63,610 nucleotides of DNA from an uncultured bacterium. GTDB lineage: Bacteria; Methylomirabilota; Methylomirabilia; Rokubacteriales; CSP1-6. The notes beneath the pieces were generated by a model. That model had not been told where the DNA came from. It did no database searches and worked only from the letters and a program-made list of their open reading frames with translations. Location of the stretch: positions 1 to 63,610 of the forward strand of contig CAYRZF010000002.1 in the NCBI GenBank assembly GCA_964428805.1, given 5' to 3'. Within the stretch, counting starts at the first letter, position 1. Each line of letters opens with the position of its first letter. Positions 42,811 to 50,126 of the stretch are shown here, in pieces. The position numbers and the translations under genes were made by a program.

Positions 42811-44174
42811 AACGCCGCCAGGCGCGCGGTCCTCGGATTTCCGCGCGGGTATCTGTGCTGCTTCTGTGTGTGGCGTTGCTGAATCCTTCCCCAGCTCGCG
42901 CGGCGCCGGCGGGCCGGTCGCTTCTCATTCTCCCGTTCCAGCCGGTTGAAGTTGAACGGGAGGAGCAGTGGCTGGGGGAGGGAGTTGCCACTGTCCTGTC
43001 GCTTGCCCTCGTGAACCACCCTGCATTCATCGTCGTGGACCCCGCCCGGGTCAAGAGACTGGGTCAGCCCGAGGCGTCGGGAGAGCAAGTCGTCCTCGAC
43101 ACCGCGCGAAGTCTGCGGGCGGACCTAGTCTTCTATGGCGAGATCAGGCGCGACGCGGGCGACCTTCGGATCATTCCCCGCTACCTGGAGCTCGGGGCGG
43201 GAGGCGGAGAAGGGCGTGCTGTGGAGCCGGTCACGGTTCCGGAGGGGCGAATCCTGGAAAGCGTGAAGGGATTGCCGCTGGCCTACGTCCGGGCGCTTCG
43301 CCTTCCCGTGAGCGAGGCCGAGGTCGCGAAGATCGAAAAGGCCGCCATGCCCACCAAATCGATTCGCGCGTTCGAGACCTTCGTCAAGGGCCACGGCGCC
43401 GCACTCCTGGGGACGCAAGCCGGCAACGAGGCCGCGGCGGACCTGCTCGGGAAGGCCGTGGAGCTGGACTCGACGTTCGTCGCGGCACAATACACGCTGG
43501 GTCTGGTGCATGTGGCGCTGGGAAACCGCTGGAAGGCAGCCGCCCAGTTTCGCGCCTCAGTCCCGCTCGACCCCACATTCCCCGAGCCGTACAAGGCCCT
43601 CGGTGATCTGTTCCTCACGCATCCCCGCCGGATGTTCGATCAGGCCGTGGAGGCTTACCAGAAGGCGCTGGAGCTCCGACCCTTCTATGCTGACGCGTAC
43701 GTCGGGCTCGGGGACGCTCGGGCCGCCAAGGGGGAGGTGGACGAAGCCATCGCAAGTTACCAGAAGGCCGTCCGACACAATCCTGGGAACCCCAAGGTCC
43801 ACATGAGCCTGGGGAAAATCTACTATGCGGAGAAAGGACTCTACTACGAATCCGTGACTTCGTACAAGAAGGCCATCGAACTCGATCGCCAATTCCTGGA
43901 AGCGCGCATGGGGCTGGGCGAAGTCTACGAGGACAAGGGGCTCTACGAGGACGCCATCCGTGAGTACCGGCAAGTGGTGGGACTCGACCCGCAGCATACC
44001 GGGGCACTCTACAACCTCGCTCTCGTTTACGAGAAAGTGGATCCCCGGGAGGCCATCGCCCAGTGGGAGCGCTACATCCAGGTCGCCGTGCTGCTCCCGT
44101 CGGAAAAGGACTGGGTGGACGTGGCACGCCAGCACTTGAAAAAGCTCAAGACGCAGGTGGAAGGAGGCCGCTGA
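42807..44174 (+). CDS. TPR-repeat protein (BatC-like position), exported
   Basis: 455 aa with a signal-like N-terminus and at least 6 TPR units (AYQKALELRPFYADAYVGLG, ASYQKAVRHNPGNPKVHMSLG, and others). Overlaps the upstream gene by 4 nt. Confidence 0.8.
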   Translation: MKRRQARGPRISARVSVLLLCVALLNPSPARAAPAGRSLLILPFQPVEVEREEQWLGEGVATVLSLALVNHPAFIVVDPARVKRLGQPEASGEQVVLDTARSLRADLVFYGEIRRDAGDLRIIPRYLELGAGGGEGRAVEPVTVPEGRILESVKGLPLAYVRALRLPVSEAEVAKIEKAAMPTKSIRAFETFVKGHGAALLGTQAGNEAAADLLGKAVELDSTFVAAQYTLGLVHVALGNRWKAAAQFRASVPLDPTFPEPYKALGDLFLTHPRRMFDQAVEAYQKALELRPFYADAYVGLGDARAAKGEVDEAIASYQKAVRHNPGNPKVHMSLGKIYYAEKGLYYESVTSYKKAIELDRQFLEARMGLGEVYEDKGLYEDAIREYRQVVGLDPQHTGALYNLALVYEKVDPREAIAQWERYIQVAVLLPSEKDWVDVARQHLKKLKTQVEGGR

Positions 44175-44176
44175 CG

Positions 44177-44416
44177 CTAAATTCCCAAAAGCCGCTGGAG
44201 CCGCCCTTTGTCGAAGCCCACGACCACTTCTTCGTCAACGAGGATCACCGGAACGGCCATCTGCCCGGTCCGTCGCACCAGCTCCGCTCGCGCTTCATGA
44301 TCCTCCAGCACGTTGACGTCCTTGAATGCGACTCCCTTGGACGAAAGAAACTCTTTCGTCGCTCGGCAGGGACCTCACGTGGGGGTCGAGAACACCGTCA
44401 CCCGGGGCTCTGTCAT
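44177..44416 (-). CDS. glutaredoxin-like selenoprotein (UxxC redox motif); TGA at 44377-44375 read as Sec
   Basis: Not in the ORF track. Minus-strand ATG 44416 (GGAGG 8 nt upstream) reads MTEPRVTVFSTPT-U-GPCRATKEFLSSKGVAFKDVNVLEDHEARAELVRRTGQMAVPVILVDEEVVVGFDKGRLQRLLGI-TAG. This is a full-length Grx/NrdH-like fold with Sec at the first Cys position. Confidence 0.75.
44340..44360 (-). promoter_or_regulatory. candidate SECIS hairpin of the Grx-like selenoprotein
   Basis: RNA GACGAAAGA-GUU-UCUUUCGUC is a perfect 9-bp stem starting 14 nt after the UGA. A flanking CCCU/AGGG pair could extend it. Confidence 0.5.
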
Positions 44417-44481
44417 GCGGCTCACCTCCTTCGACTTATCAATTGTCCCATATTCATCTCGAGCCAGCAAAGCCGACGATC

Positions 44482-44510
44482 TTGACAAGGAAAGACGCCG
44501 TCGCTATTGT
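44482..44510 (+). promoter_or_regulatory. sigma70-like promoter of the GalT-like gene
   Basis: TTGACA (44482-44487), 17-nt spacer, TATTGT (44505-44510). GAGAGGAGGG Shine-Dalgarno lies 8 nt before TTG 44546. Confidence 0.4.
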
Positions 44511-44545
44511 TTCGTGTGTTTATTGACGAGAGGAGGGTCCGGTTC

Positions 44546-45529
44546 TTGAGCGAGTTGAGGAAGGATCCAACCCGCGCACAGTGGGTACTCGTGCGACCCC
44601 GTAGCGCTGGCAGGCCGGAGGACAACGAGTGTCCTTTTTGTCCCGGCAACGAGGCGAGCACGCCCCCGGAGATCGCGGCCTATCGAAAGGAAGGGTCTGC
44701 TCCCAACACTCCGGGCTGGCAGGTGCGGGTCATTCCGGAAGCCGACCCATACTTCCAGGTGGAGTGGGATCTGGTCCGCGAGGGAGCGGGCATGTACGAC
44801 AAGATCACTCCACGTGGGGCCAGCGAGTTGATCATCGAGAGCCCGAGCCACGAGGACACGTTGGCCACGATGGGCGCGGACCAGCTCGAGCGAGTGCTCT
44901 GGATGTACCGGGATCGGTTGGAGGATCTGAAGCAGGACGTGAAGATCCGCGATATCCTCATCACCCGCCGTCATCGCAAACCCGGGTCGCGTTTGAGTCA
45001 TCCGTATTCGCGGGTGACGGCGATTCCCGTGATCTTCGACGATCTCCGCCGGGGGCTCCGGGAGTCGCGCGAGTACTATCAGTACAAGCGCCGCTGCCTC
45101 TTCTGCGACATCCTCCGCCAGGAGCTGGCCGACGGCGACCGCGTGGTGCGAATGACGCCGTATTTCTTGCTGATGATTCCCTACGCGGCCCGCACGCCAT
45201 TCGAGACCCGGGTCTTACCCCGTCAACATGCGTGCGCCTACGAGACGCTGTCGCCCGAAGCCGCCGCGGATCTCGCCCGCCTGCTCGCCGGATATTTCGG
45301 GGCGCTGGCGACCGGGCTGGGGGATCCGTCATTCGAGTTGAGCCTCCAGACCGCCCCGAATCTCCACTCTAAGATCCTGCAGGGAGAGTGGGCGACGGTC
45401 CAGGACGATTACCACTGGCATCTCGAGATCGTCATCCATCCCGAGAGAGCCAACCGGGTGGGGGGAATCTTCATCAACGACCTGCCCCCGGAAGAAGCTG
45501 CCCGCCAGCTCCGCGCGGCCTGGCGGTAG
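44546..45529 (+). CDS. galactose-1-phosphate uridylyltransferase-like (GalT/HIT branch) protein with an altered active-site motif
   Basis: TTG 44546 gives LSELRKDPTRAQWVLV. Motifs CPFCPGNE and GASELIIESPSHED are present. HPYSR replaces the usual HPH(G/S)Q. The second half carries CLFC and YHWHLEIVIHP. Confidence 0.75.
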   Translation: MSELRKDPTRAQWVLVRPRSAGRPEDNECPFCPGNEASTPPEIAAYRKEGSAPNTPGWQVRVIPEADPYFQVEWDLVREGAGMYDKITPRGASELIIESPSHEDTLATMGADQLERVLWMYRDRLEDLKQDVKIRDILITRRHRKPGSRLSHPYSRVTAIPVIFDDLRRGLRESREYYQYKRRCLFCDILRQELADGDRVVRMTPYFLLMIPYAARTPFETRVLPRQHACAYETLSPEAAADLARLLAGYFGALATGLGDPSFELSLQTAPNLHSKILQGEWATVQDDYHWHLEIVIHPERANRVGGIFINDLPPEEAARQLRAAWR

Positions 45530-45543
45530 GCCGGCCTCAGCCC

Positions 45544-46827
45544 TCAAGGGTAGAGGCCGCGGATGCGGAATGCCTCGGCGACGCGGCGGATGCCCTCCAT
45601 GAGGGCGGCGGTCCTGAGGTCTGTTCCCTCTTTCTGTGCTAGCCCCCAGATTCGGTTGAAGGCGCGGGTCATGATCTCCTGGAGCCGCGAGAGGATTTCA
45701 CTCTCCCGCCAGAAGTAGTACTGGAGCCCCTGTACCCATTCGAAGTACGAGACGACGACCCCGCCTCCGTTCGCGAGGATGTCCGGGATGATTGTCACCC
45801 CCCGCTCGCGGAGGATCTGATCGGCCTCCGGTGCGGTGGGGCCGTTAGCGCCCTCGGCGATGATGGAAGCCTTGATGCGGCTGGCGTTGTCCTCGCGGAT
45901 CTGAGCGGCGACGGCGGCCGGGATCAGGATGTCGCACGGTAGTTCCAGGAGCTCCGCGTTGGTCACCGGGTCCGTGTCCGGGAAGCCGGCGACGCCTCCG
46001 CTTTCTGCCGCGTGAGTCTGAAGCTGGCGGATGTCGAGCCCCCGCGGCGAATAGATTCCTCCCTTGACGTCGCTGACTCCCACGATCGTGCAGCCTTCGC
46101 GCCAGAGCAATCGAGCCGCCACCGCCCCCACGTTGCCGAATCCCTGGACGACGACCCGCTTGCCCTTGAGGTCCTGGCCGAGGTGGCGGGCCGCCCCGAA
46201 GAGCGTGTACACGATTCCGCGGCCCGTGGCCTCTTTGCGCCCGGCGGAGCCGCCGATCAAGATCGGCTTCCCCGTAACCACCCCCGGGACAGATTTCCCT
46301 TGTGTCATCGAGTAAGTGTCCATCATCCAGGCCATCACCTGCTCATTGGTGCCCAGGTCGGGGGCGGGAATGTCGAGATCGGGGCCGATCAGGAGGATGA
46401 TCTCGGTGGTGTACCGACGAGTCATCCGCTCCAGCTCCCGCGCGGACATCGAGCGGGGGTTGCAGCGGATGCCCCCCTTGGCGCCCCCGTAGGGGAGCTC
46501 GAAGAGCCCGCACTTCCAGCTCATGAGCATGGCCAACCCGGTCACCTCTCCCAGGTTCACGTCCGTGTGGTAGCGAAGCCCGCCTTTGGTGGGGCCGAGG
46601 GCGGTGTTGTGGTGAACACGGTAGCCGATGAAGACCTCTGTCCGTCCGTCGTCCATCTGGATCGGAACCGAGACAACCAAGGCGCGACGGGGGTAGCGGA
46701 GCCGTTCATGAAGGTTCGGGTCCAGGTTGAGGCGGGCCGCAACCGTGTCGAGTTGATGAAGGGCGGCTCTGAAGAAGGGAGAATCAAACTCAGATTTGTC
46801 TAGCATAACGATATTACCTCTTGACAT
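45544..46827 (-). CDS. gdhA: glutamate dehydrogenase (Glu/Leu/Phe/Val dehydrogenase family)
   Basis: 427 aa. LPYGGAKGGI (catalytic Lys), VQGFGNVGAVAARL Rossmann motif, GANGPT. Confidence 0.92.
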   Translation of the reverse strand: MSRGNIVMLDKSEFDSPFFRAALHQLDTVAARLNLDPNLHERLRYPRRALVVSVPIQMDDGRTEVFIGYRVHHNTALGPTKGGLRYHTDVNLGEVTGLAMLMSWKCGLFELPYGGAKGGIRCNPRSMSARELERMTRRYTTEIILLIGPDLDIPAPDLGTNEQVMAWMMDTYSMTQGKSVPGVVTGKPILIGGSAGRKEATGRGIVYTLFGAARHLGQDLKGKRVVVQGFGNVGAVAARLLWREGCTIVGVSDVKGGIYSPRGLDIRQLQTHAAESGGVAGFPDTDPVTNAELLELPCDILIPAAVAAQIREDNASRIKASIIAEGANGPTAPEADQILRERGVTIIPDILANGGGVVVSYFEWVQGLQYYFWRESEILSRLQEIMTRAFNRIWGLAQKEGTDLRTAALMEGIRRVAEAFRIRGLYP

Positions 46828-46849
46828 AGCGGGGGGGAGATAGGAGAAT
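46821..46849 (+). promoter_or_regulatory. sigma70-like isc promoter
   Basis: TTGACA (46821-46826, overlapping the gdh start codon on the other strand), 17-nt spacer, GAGAAT (46844-46849). Confidence 0.4.
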
Positions 46850-46867
46850 CCGACTATAAAGATCGGC
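46849..46867. promoter_or_regulatory. candidate IscR (Rrf2) operator
   Basis: TCCGACTATAAAGATCGGC has CCGA..N9..TCGG arms and resembles the GACT-RWWWY-AGTC core of type-1 IscR sites. It sits at about +1 of the predicted promoter. Confidence 0.3.
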
Positions 46868-46907
46868 GATCAATTTCCTCCCTCATTGGGGATGGTGGAG
46901 AAATTAG

Positions 46908-47342
46908 ATGCTTCGCTTTACCAAACGCGCCGATTACGGGCTGATGGCAATCAATTATATCGCCATGCAGCGGGAGTACGGGGCTATTAGCGCAAAGCGG
47001 GTCGCCGAGGAGTTCGGTATCCCCCCGGAGCTGCTGGCGAAGATCCTCCAGCGCTTGGCAAAGAAGGGGCTCATCGCCAGCCACAACGGCCCCAAAGGAG
47101 GCTATCTGCTGGCACGCTTGCCCGAGGAGATCACGGTAGGGCAGGTGGTGCGGGCTCTCGAGGGACCCATCAATATTGTGAGTTGCCTTGAGGACCTGGA
47201 CTGTCCCCAGTTCGAGCGCTGCAACTTGCGTCGCCCGGTCCAGAAGATCCAAGCCAGCATCAGCTACCTGCTCGACACGATGACCCTGGCTGAGCTGAAT
47301 CGCGAGACCGTCCCAATCGCTGAGCTCACGACGATCAACTAG
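46908..47342 (+). CDS. iscR: Rrf2-family Fe-S cluster regulator IscR
   Basis: MLRFTKRADYGLMAINYIA wHTH. Three-Cys ligand segment CLEDLDCPQFERC. First gene of the isc operon. Confidence 0.85.
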   Translation: MLRFTKRADYGLMAINYIAMQREYGAISAKRVAEEFGIPPELLAKILQRLAKKGLIASHNGPKGGYLLARLPEEITVGQVVRALEGPINIVSCLEDLDCPQFERCNLRRPVQKIQASISYLLDTMTLAELNRETVPIAELTTIN

Positions 47343-47353
47343 GAGAGCCGATC

Positions 47354-48580
47354 ATGGCGTTGAAGTTTCCGATCTTCATGGACAGCCACTCGACGACCCC
47401 GGTGGACCCGCGGGTGCTAGAGGCTATGATTCCGTTCTTTACGGAGAAGTTCGGTCACCCCGGAAGCCGAAACCATCCCTTCGGGTGGGAGGCCGAGGCC
47501 GCCGCGGATAAGTCCCGCGAACAGGTGGCCAAGCTGATCGGTGCCCGGGATCCGAAGGAGATTGTCTTCACCTCCGGGGGCACCGAGTCGATCAACCTGG
47601 CCATCAAGGGCGTGGCCGAGATGTACCGGGAAAAGGGCAACCACATTGTGACCACAGCCATCGAGCAGAGAGCCGGCCTCGACGTGTGCAAGCACCTCGA
47701 GCGCCAGGGGCATCAGGTCACCTACCTCCCCGTGGCGGCGGACGGCCTGATGGACGTCGAGGCGATCCGAAAGGCCATCACCGACAAGACGATCCTCATC
47801 TCCGTGATGTTCGCCAACAACGAAATCGGCACGATCCAGCCGATCGCCGAGATCGGCAAGCTGGCCAAGGAGAAAGGGATCATCTTCCACTGCGACGGGA
47901 CTCAGGCCGTGGGAAAGGTGCCCGTGGATGTGGAAGCCATGGGGATCGACCTGCTGTCTTGCACCGCCCACATGGTCTACGGCCCCAAGGGAGTCGGCGC
48001 GCTCTACGTCCGCCGCAAGAACCCCCGGGTCCGGATCGCCCCGCTGTTCGATGGCGGCGGCCACGAGCGCGGAATGCGGTCGGGAACAGTGCCGGTGCCC
48101 CTGACGGTCGGCTTCGGCAAGGCGGCTGAGATCTGTCAGGAGGTAATGCCCGAGGAGTCAGCCCGGCTCAAGGCTCTCAGGGACAAGCTTCAGGACAAGA
48201 TCCTCTCCTCGATGGACGAAGTATACCTGAACGGGCATCCGGAGAAGCGGCTCCCCCATAACCTGAACATCTCCTTCGCCTACGTGGAAGGGGAGTCCGT
48301 CCTCATGGGGCTGAACAAGGAGGTGGCCATCTCCTCGGGCTCGGCCTGCACGTCGTCAACCCTGGAGCCCTCTTATGTGATCGCGGCCCTGGGGGTCGGG
48401 TCTGAACTGGCCCACTCCTCTATCCGGTTCGGCTTGCATCGGTTCAACACGCAGGAGGAAGTGGATTACGTCGGCAATCGGATGATCGAGGTCGTCAGTC
48501 GGCTTCGGGAAATGTCCCCCCTCTACGAGTTGGCCAGGGAGGGCGTGGACATCAAGTCGATCCAGTGGAAGGCCGAGTAG
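47354..48580 (+). CDS. iscS: cysteine desulfurase IscS
   Basis: 408 aa: FTSGGTESINLAIKG, GPKGVGALYVRR, SSGSACTSSTLEPSYV. Confidence 0.93.
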   Translation: MALKFPIFMDSHSTTPVDPRVLEAMIPFFTEKFGHPGSRNHPFGWEAEAAADKSREQVAKLIGARDPKEIVFTSGGTESINLAIKGVAEMYREKGNHIVTTAIEQRAGLDVCKHLERQGHQVTYLPVAADGLMDVEAIRKAITDKTILISVMFANNEIGTIQPIAEIGKLAKEKGIIFHCDGTQAVGKVPVDVEAMGIDLLSCTAHMVYGPKGVGALYVRRKNPRVRIAPLFDGGGHERGMRSGTVPVPLTVGFGKAAEICQEVMPEESARLKALRDKLQDKILSSMDEVYLNGHPEKRLPHNLNISFAYVEGESVLMGLNKEVAISSGSACTSSTLEPSYVIAALGVGSELAHSSIRFGLHRFNTQEEVDYVGNRMIEVVSRLREMSPLYELAREGVDIKSIQWKAE

Positions 48581-48616
48581 CAACGCCAGCGGGCGATAAA
48601 GGGAGGAATCAGAGAC

Positions 48617-49033
48617 ATGGCGTATAGCGAGAAGGTGATTGATCACTACAACAACCCGCGCAACGTGGGGTCCTTCTCCAAGGAGATGCCCGGCGTGGGG
48701 ACAGGGCTCGTGGGGGCGCCGGAATGCGGCGACGTCATGAAGCTCCAGATCAAGGTGAATCTGGACACTGGCGTCATCGAGGACGCCAAGTTCAAGACCT
48801 TCGGCTGCGGCAGCGCCATCGCGTCTTCCAGCCTGGCCACCGAGTGGCTGAAGGGGAAGTCCGTGGACGACGCCATGAAGATCAAGAACACGGACATCGT
48901 CAACGAGCTGAAGCTGCCTCCGGTGAAGATCCACTGCTCGGTGCTGGCCGAGGACGCCATCAAGGCCGCCCTGGCGGACTATCGGGAGAAGTGGGGCAAG
49001 CGGGAAGCCGCGGCCGGCGCTCACGCGTCATAA
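48617..49033 (+). CDS. iscU: Fe-S cluster scaffold IscU
   Basis: GAPECGDVMKL, FKTFGCGSAIASSS, LPPVKIHCSVLAEDAIKAA. Confidence 0.93.
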   Translation: MAYSEKVIDHYNNPRNVGSFSKEMPGVGTGLVGAPECGDVMKLQIKVNLDTGVIEDAKFKTFGCGSAIASSSLATEWLKGKSVDDAMKIKNTDIVNELKLPPVKIHCSVLAEDAIKAALADYREKWGKREAAAGAHAS

Positions 49034-49069
49034 GGACTGAAGGCACTCGCGACAAAGGAGGCTTTTCAT

Positions 49070-49396
49070 ATGGCGGTGAATCTTAGCGAAGAGGCGCTGA
49101 AGCAGGTCAAGCAGCTCATGGCTGCCCAGAACCTCGAAAACGTCTATCTCCGGATGGGGGTCAAGGGGGGCGGCTGTTCGGGACTCTCCTACTCCGTGGA
49201 GTTCGACAACGAGGTCGGGCCGCACGACAAGACCTTTGACGTCGACGGGGTCAAGGTGGTCTGCGACGCCAAGAGCTTCCTGTACCTGAACGGGACGACC
49301 CTGGACTACGTGACCCAGGGGCTCACCGGCGGATTCACCTTTGTGAACCCCAACGCCAAATCGAGCTGCGGCTGCGGGACGTCCTTCTCGGCGTAG
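49070..49396 (+). CDS. iscA: A-type Fe-S carrier (IscA/ErpA)
   Basis: 108 aa. GGGCSGLSY and C-terminal CGCGTSF. Confidence 0.9.
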   Translation: MAVNLSEEALKQVKQLMAAQNLENVYLRMGVKGGGCSGLSYSVEFDNEVGPHDKTFDVDGVKVVCDAKSFLYLNGTTLDYVTQGLTGGFTFVNPNAKSSCGCGTSFSA

Positions 49397-49475
49397 CGAC
49401 GCGATCTCGGACAGGGCGGGGGTCCGGAGGTGAGACGGGGGTCAGGATAGCGAGACCGTCGCGCAAGGAGAGAGC

Positions 49476-49508
49476 AGAAACGGGCCCGGGCGGGCCTGTT
49501 TCTATTTT
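49476..49508 (+). terminator. intrinsic terminator/attenuator-like hairpin between iscA and hscB
   Basis: AGAAACGGGCC (49476-49486) pairs with GGCCTGTTTCT (49493-49503, one G-U pair), loop CGGGCG, then ATTTT. The hscB Shine-Dalgarno follows immediately. Confidence 0.5.
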
Positions 49509-49517
49509 GGAGAGAGG

Positions 49518-50126
49518 ATGTCGGGCAGGTCGGACTACTTCAAGGTTTTCGAGTTGCCCCGGAAGCTCGGGATCGACGGGGATGAGCTCCAGCGCAGGTT
49601 TTACGAGCTCTCGCGACGGGTGCACCCCGACTTCTTCCAGACGGGGACGCCCGCTGAACAGGCTTGGAGCCTGGAGCGATCGGCGCTCATCAACCGAGCG
49701 TACCGGACCCTCCGCGACCTCGTTTCCCGGGTGGAATACCTGATCCAGCTTGAGGAAGGGCGGGAGACGAAAGAGGGAGCCACCGGCATTAAGCCCCAGG
49801 CACCGACTGACCTCCTGGAAGAGATGCTCGAGATTCAGGAAGCGCTTCAGGAGGCCAAAGCGGGGGGGCTGGATGGGCCAAGGCGTCAGCACCTCAGGGA
49901 CGTGCAGGCTCGGCTCACGGAGCGGCGGAAGTCCGAGGAAGCCTCGCTCCTGGATCTTGCCCGCGGGTGGGACGCCGTGGTGGACGGGGGCGGTGAGCGC
50001 AAGGCACTCTTGGACCGGATGAAGCAGGCCTTGGCCGCGAGAGCCTATCTCGATACTGTGATCAACGATCTGGGCGACGCGCTCGGAGAGGAAACGCAGA
50101 GAGATGTCTCGCATCGTCGGCATTGA
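49518..50126 (+). CDS. hscB: co-chaperone HscB (J-domain)
   Basis: YFKVFELPRKLGID..YELSRRVHPDFF contains the HPD motif. 202 aa. Confidence 0.85.
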   Translation: MSGRSDYFKVFELPRKLGIDGDELQRRFYELSRRVHPDFFQTGTPAEQAWSLERSALINRAYRTLRDLVSRVEYLIQLEEGRETKEGATGIKPQAPTDLLEEMLEIQEALQEAKAGGLDGPRRQHLRDVQARLTERRKSEEASLLDLARGWDAVVDGGGERKALLDRMKQALAARAYLDTVINDLGDALGEETQRDVSHRRH

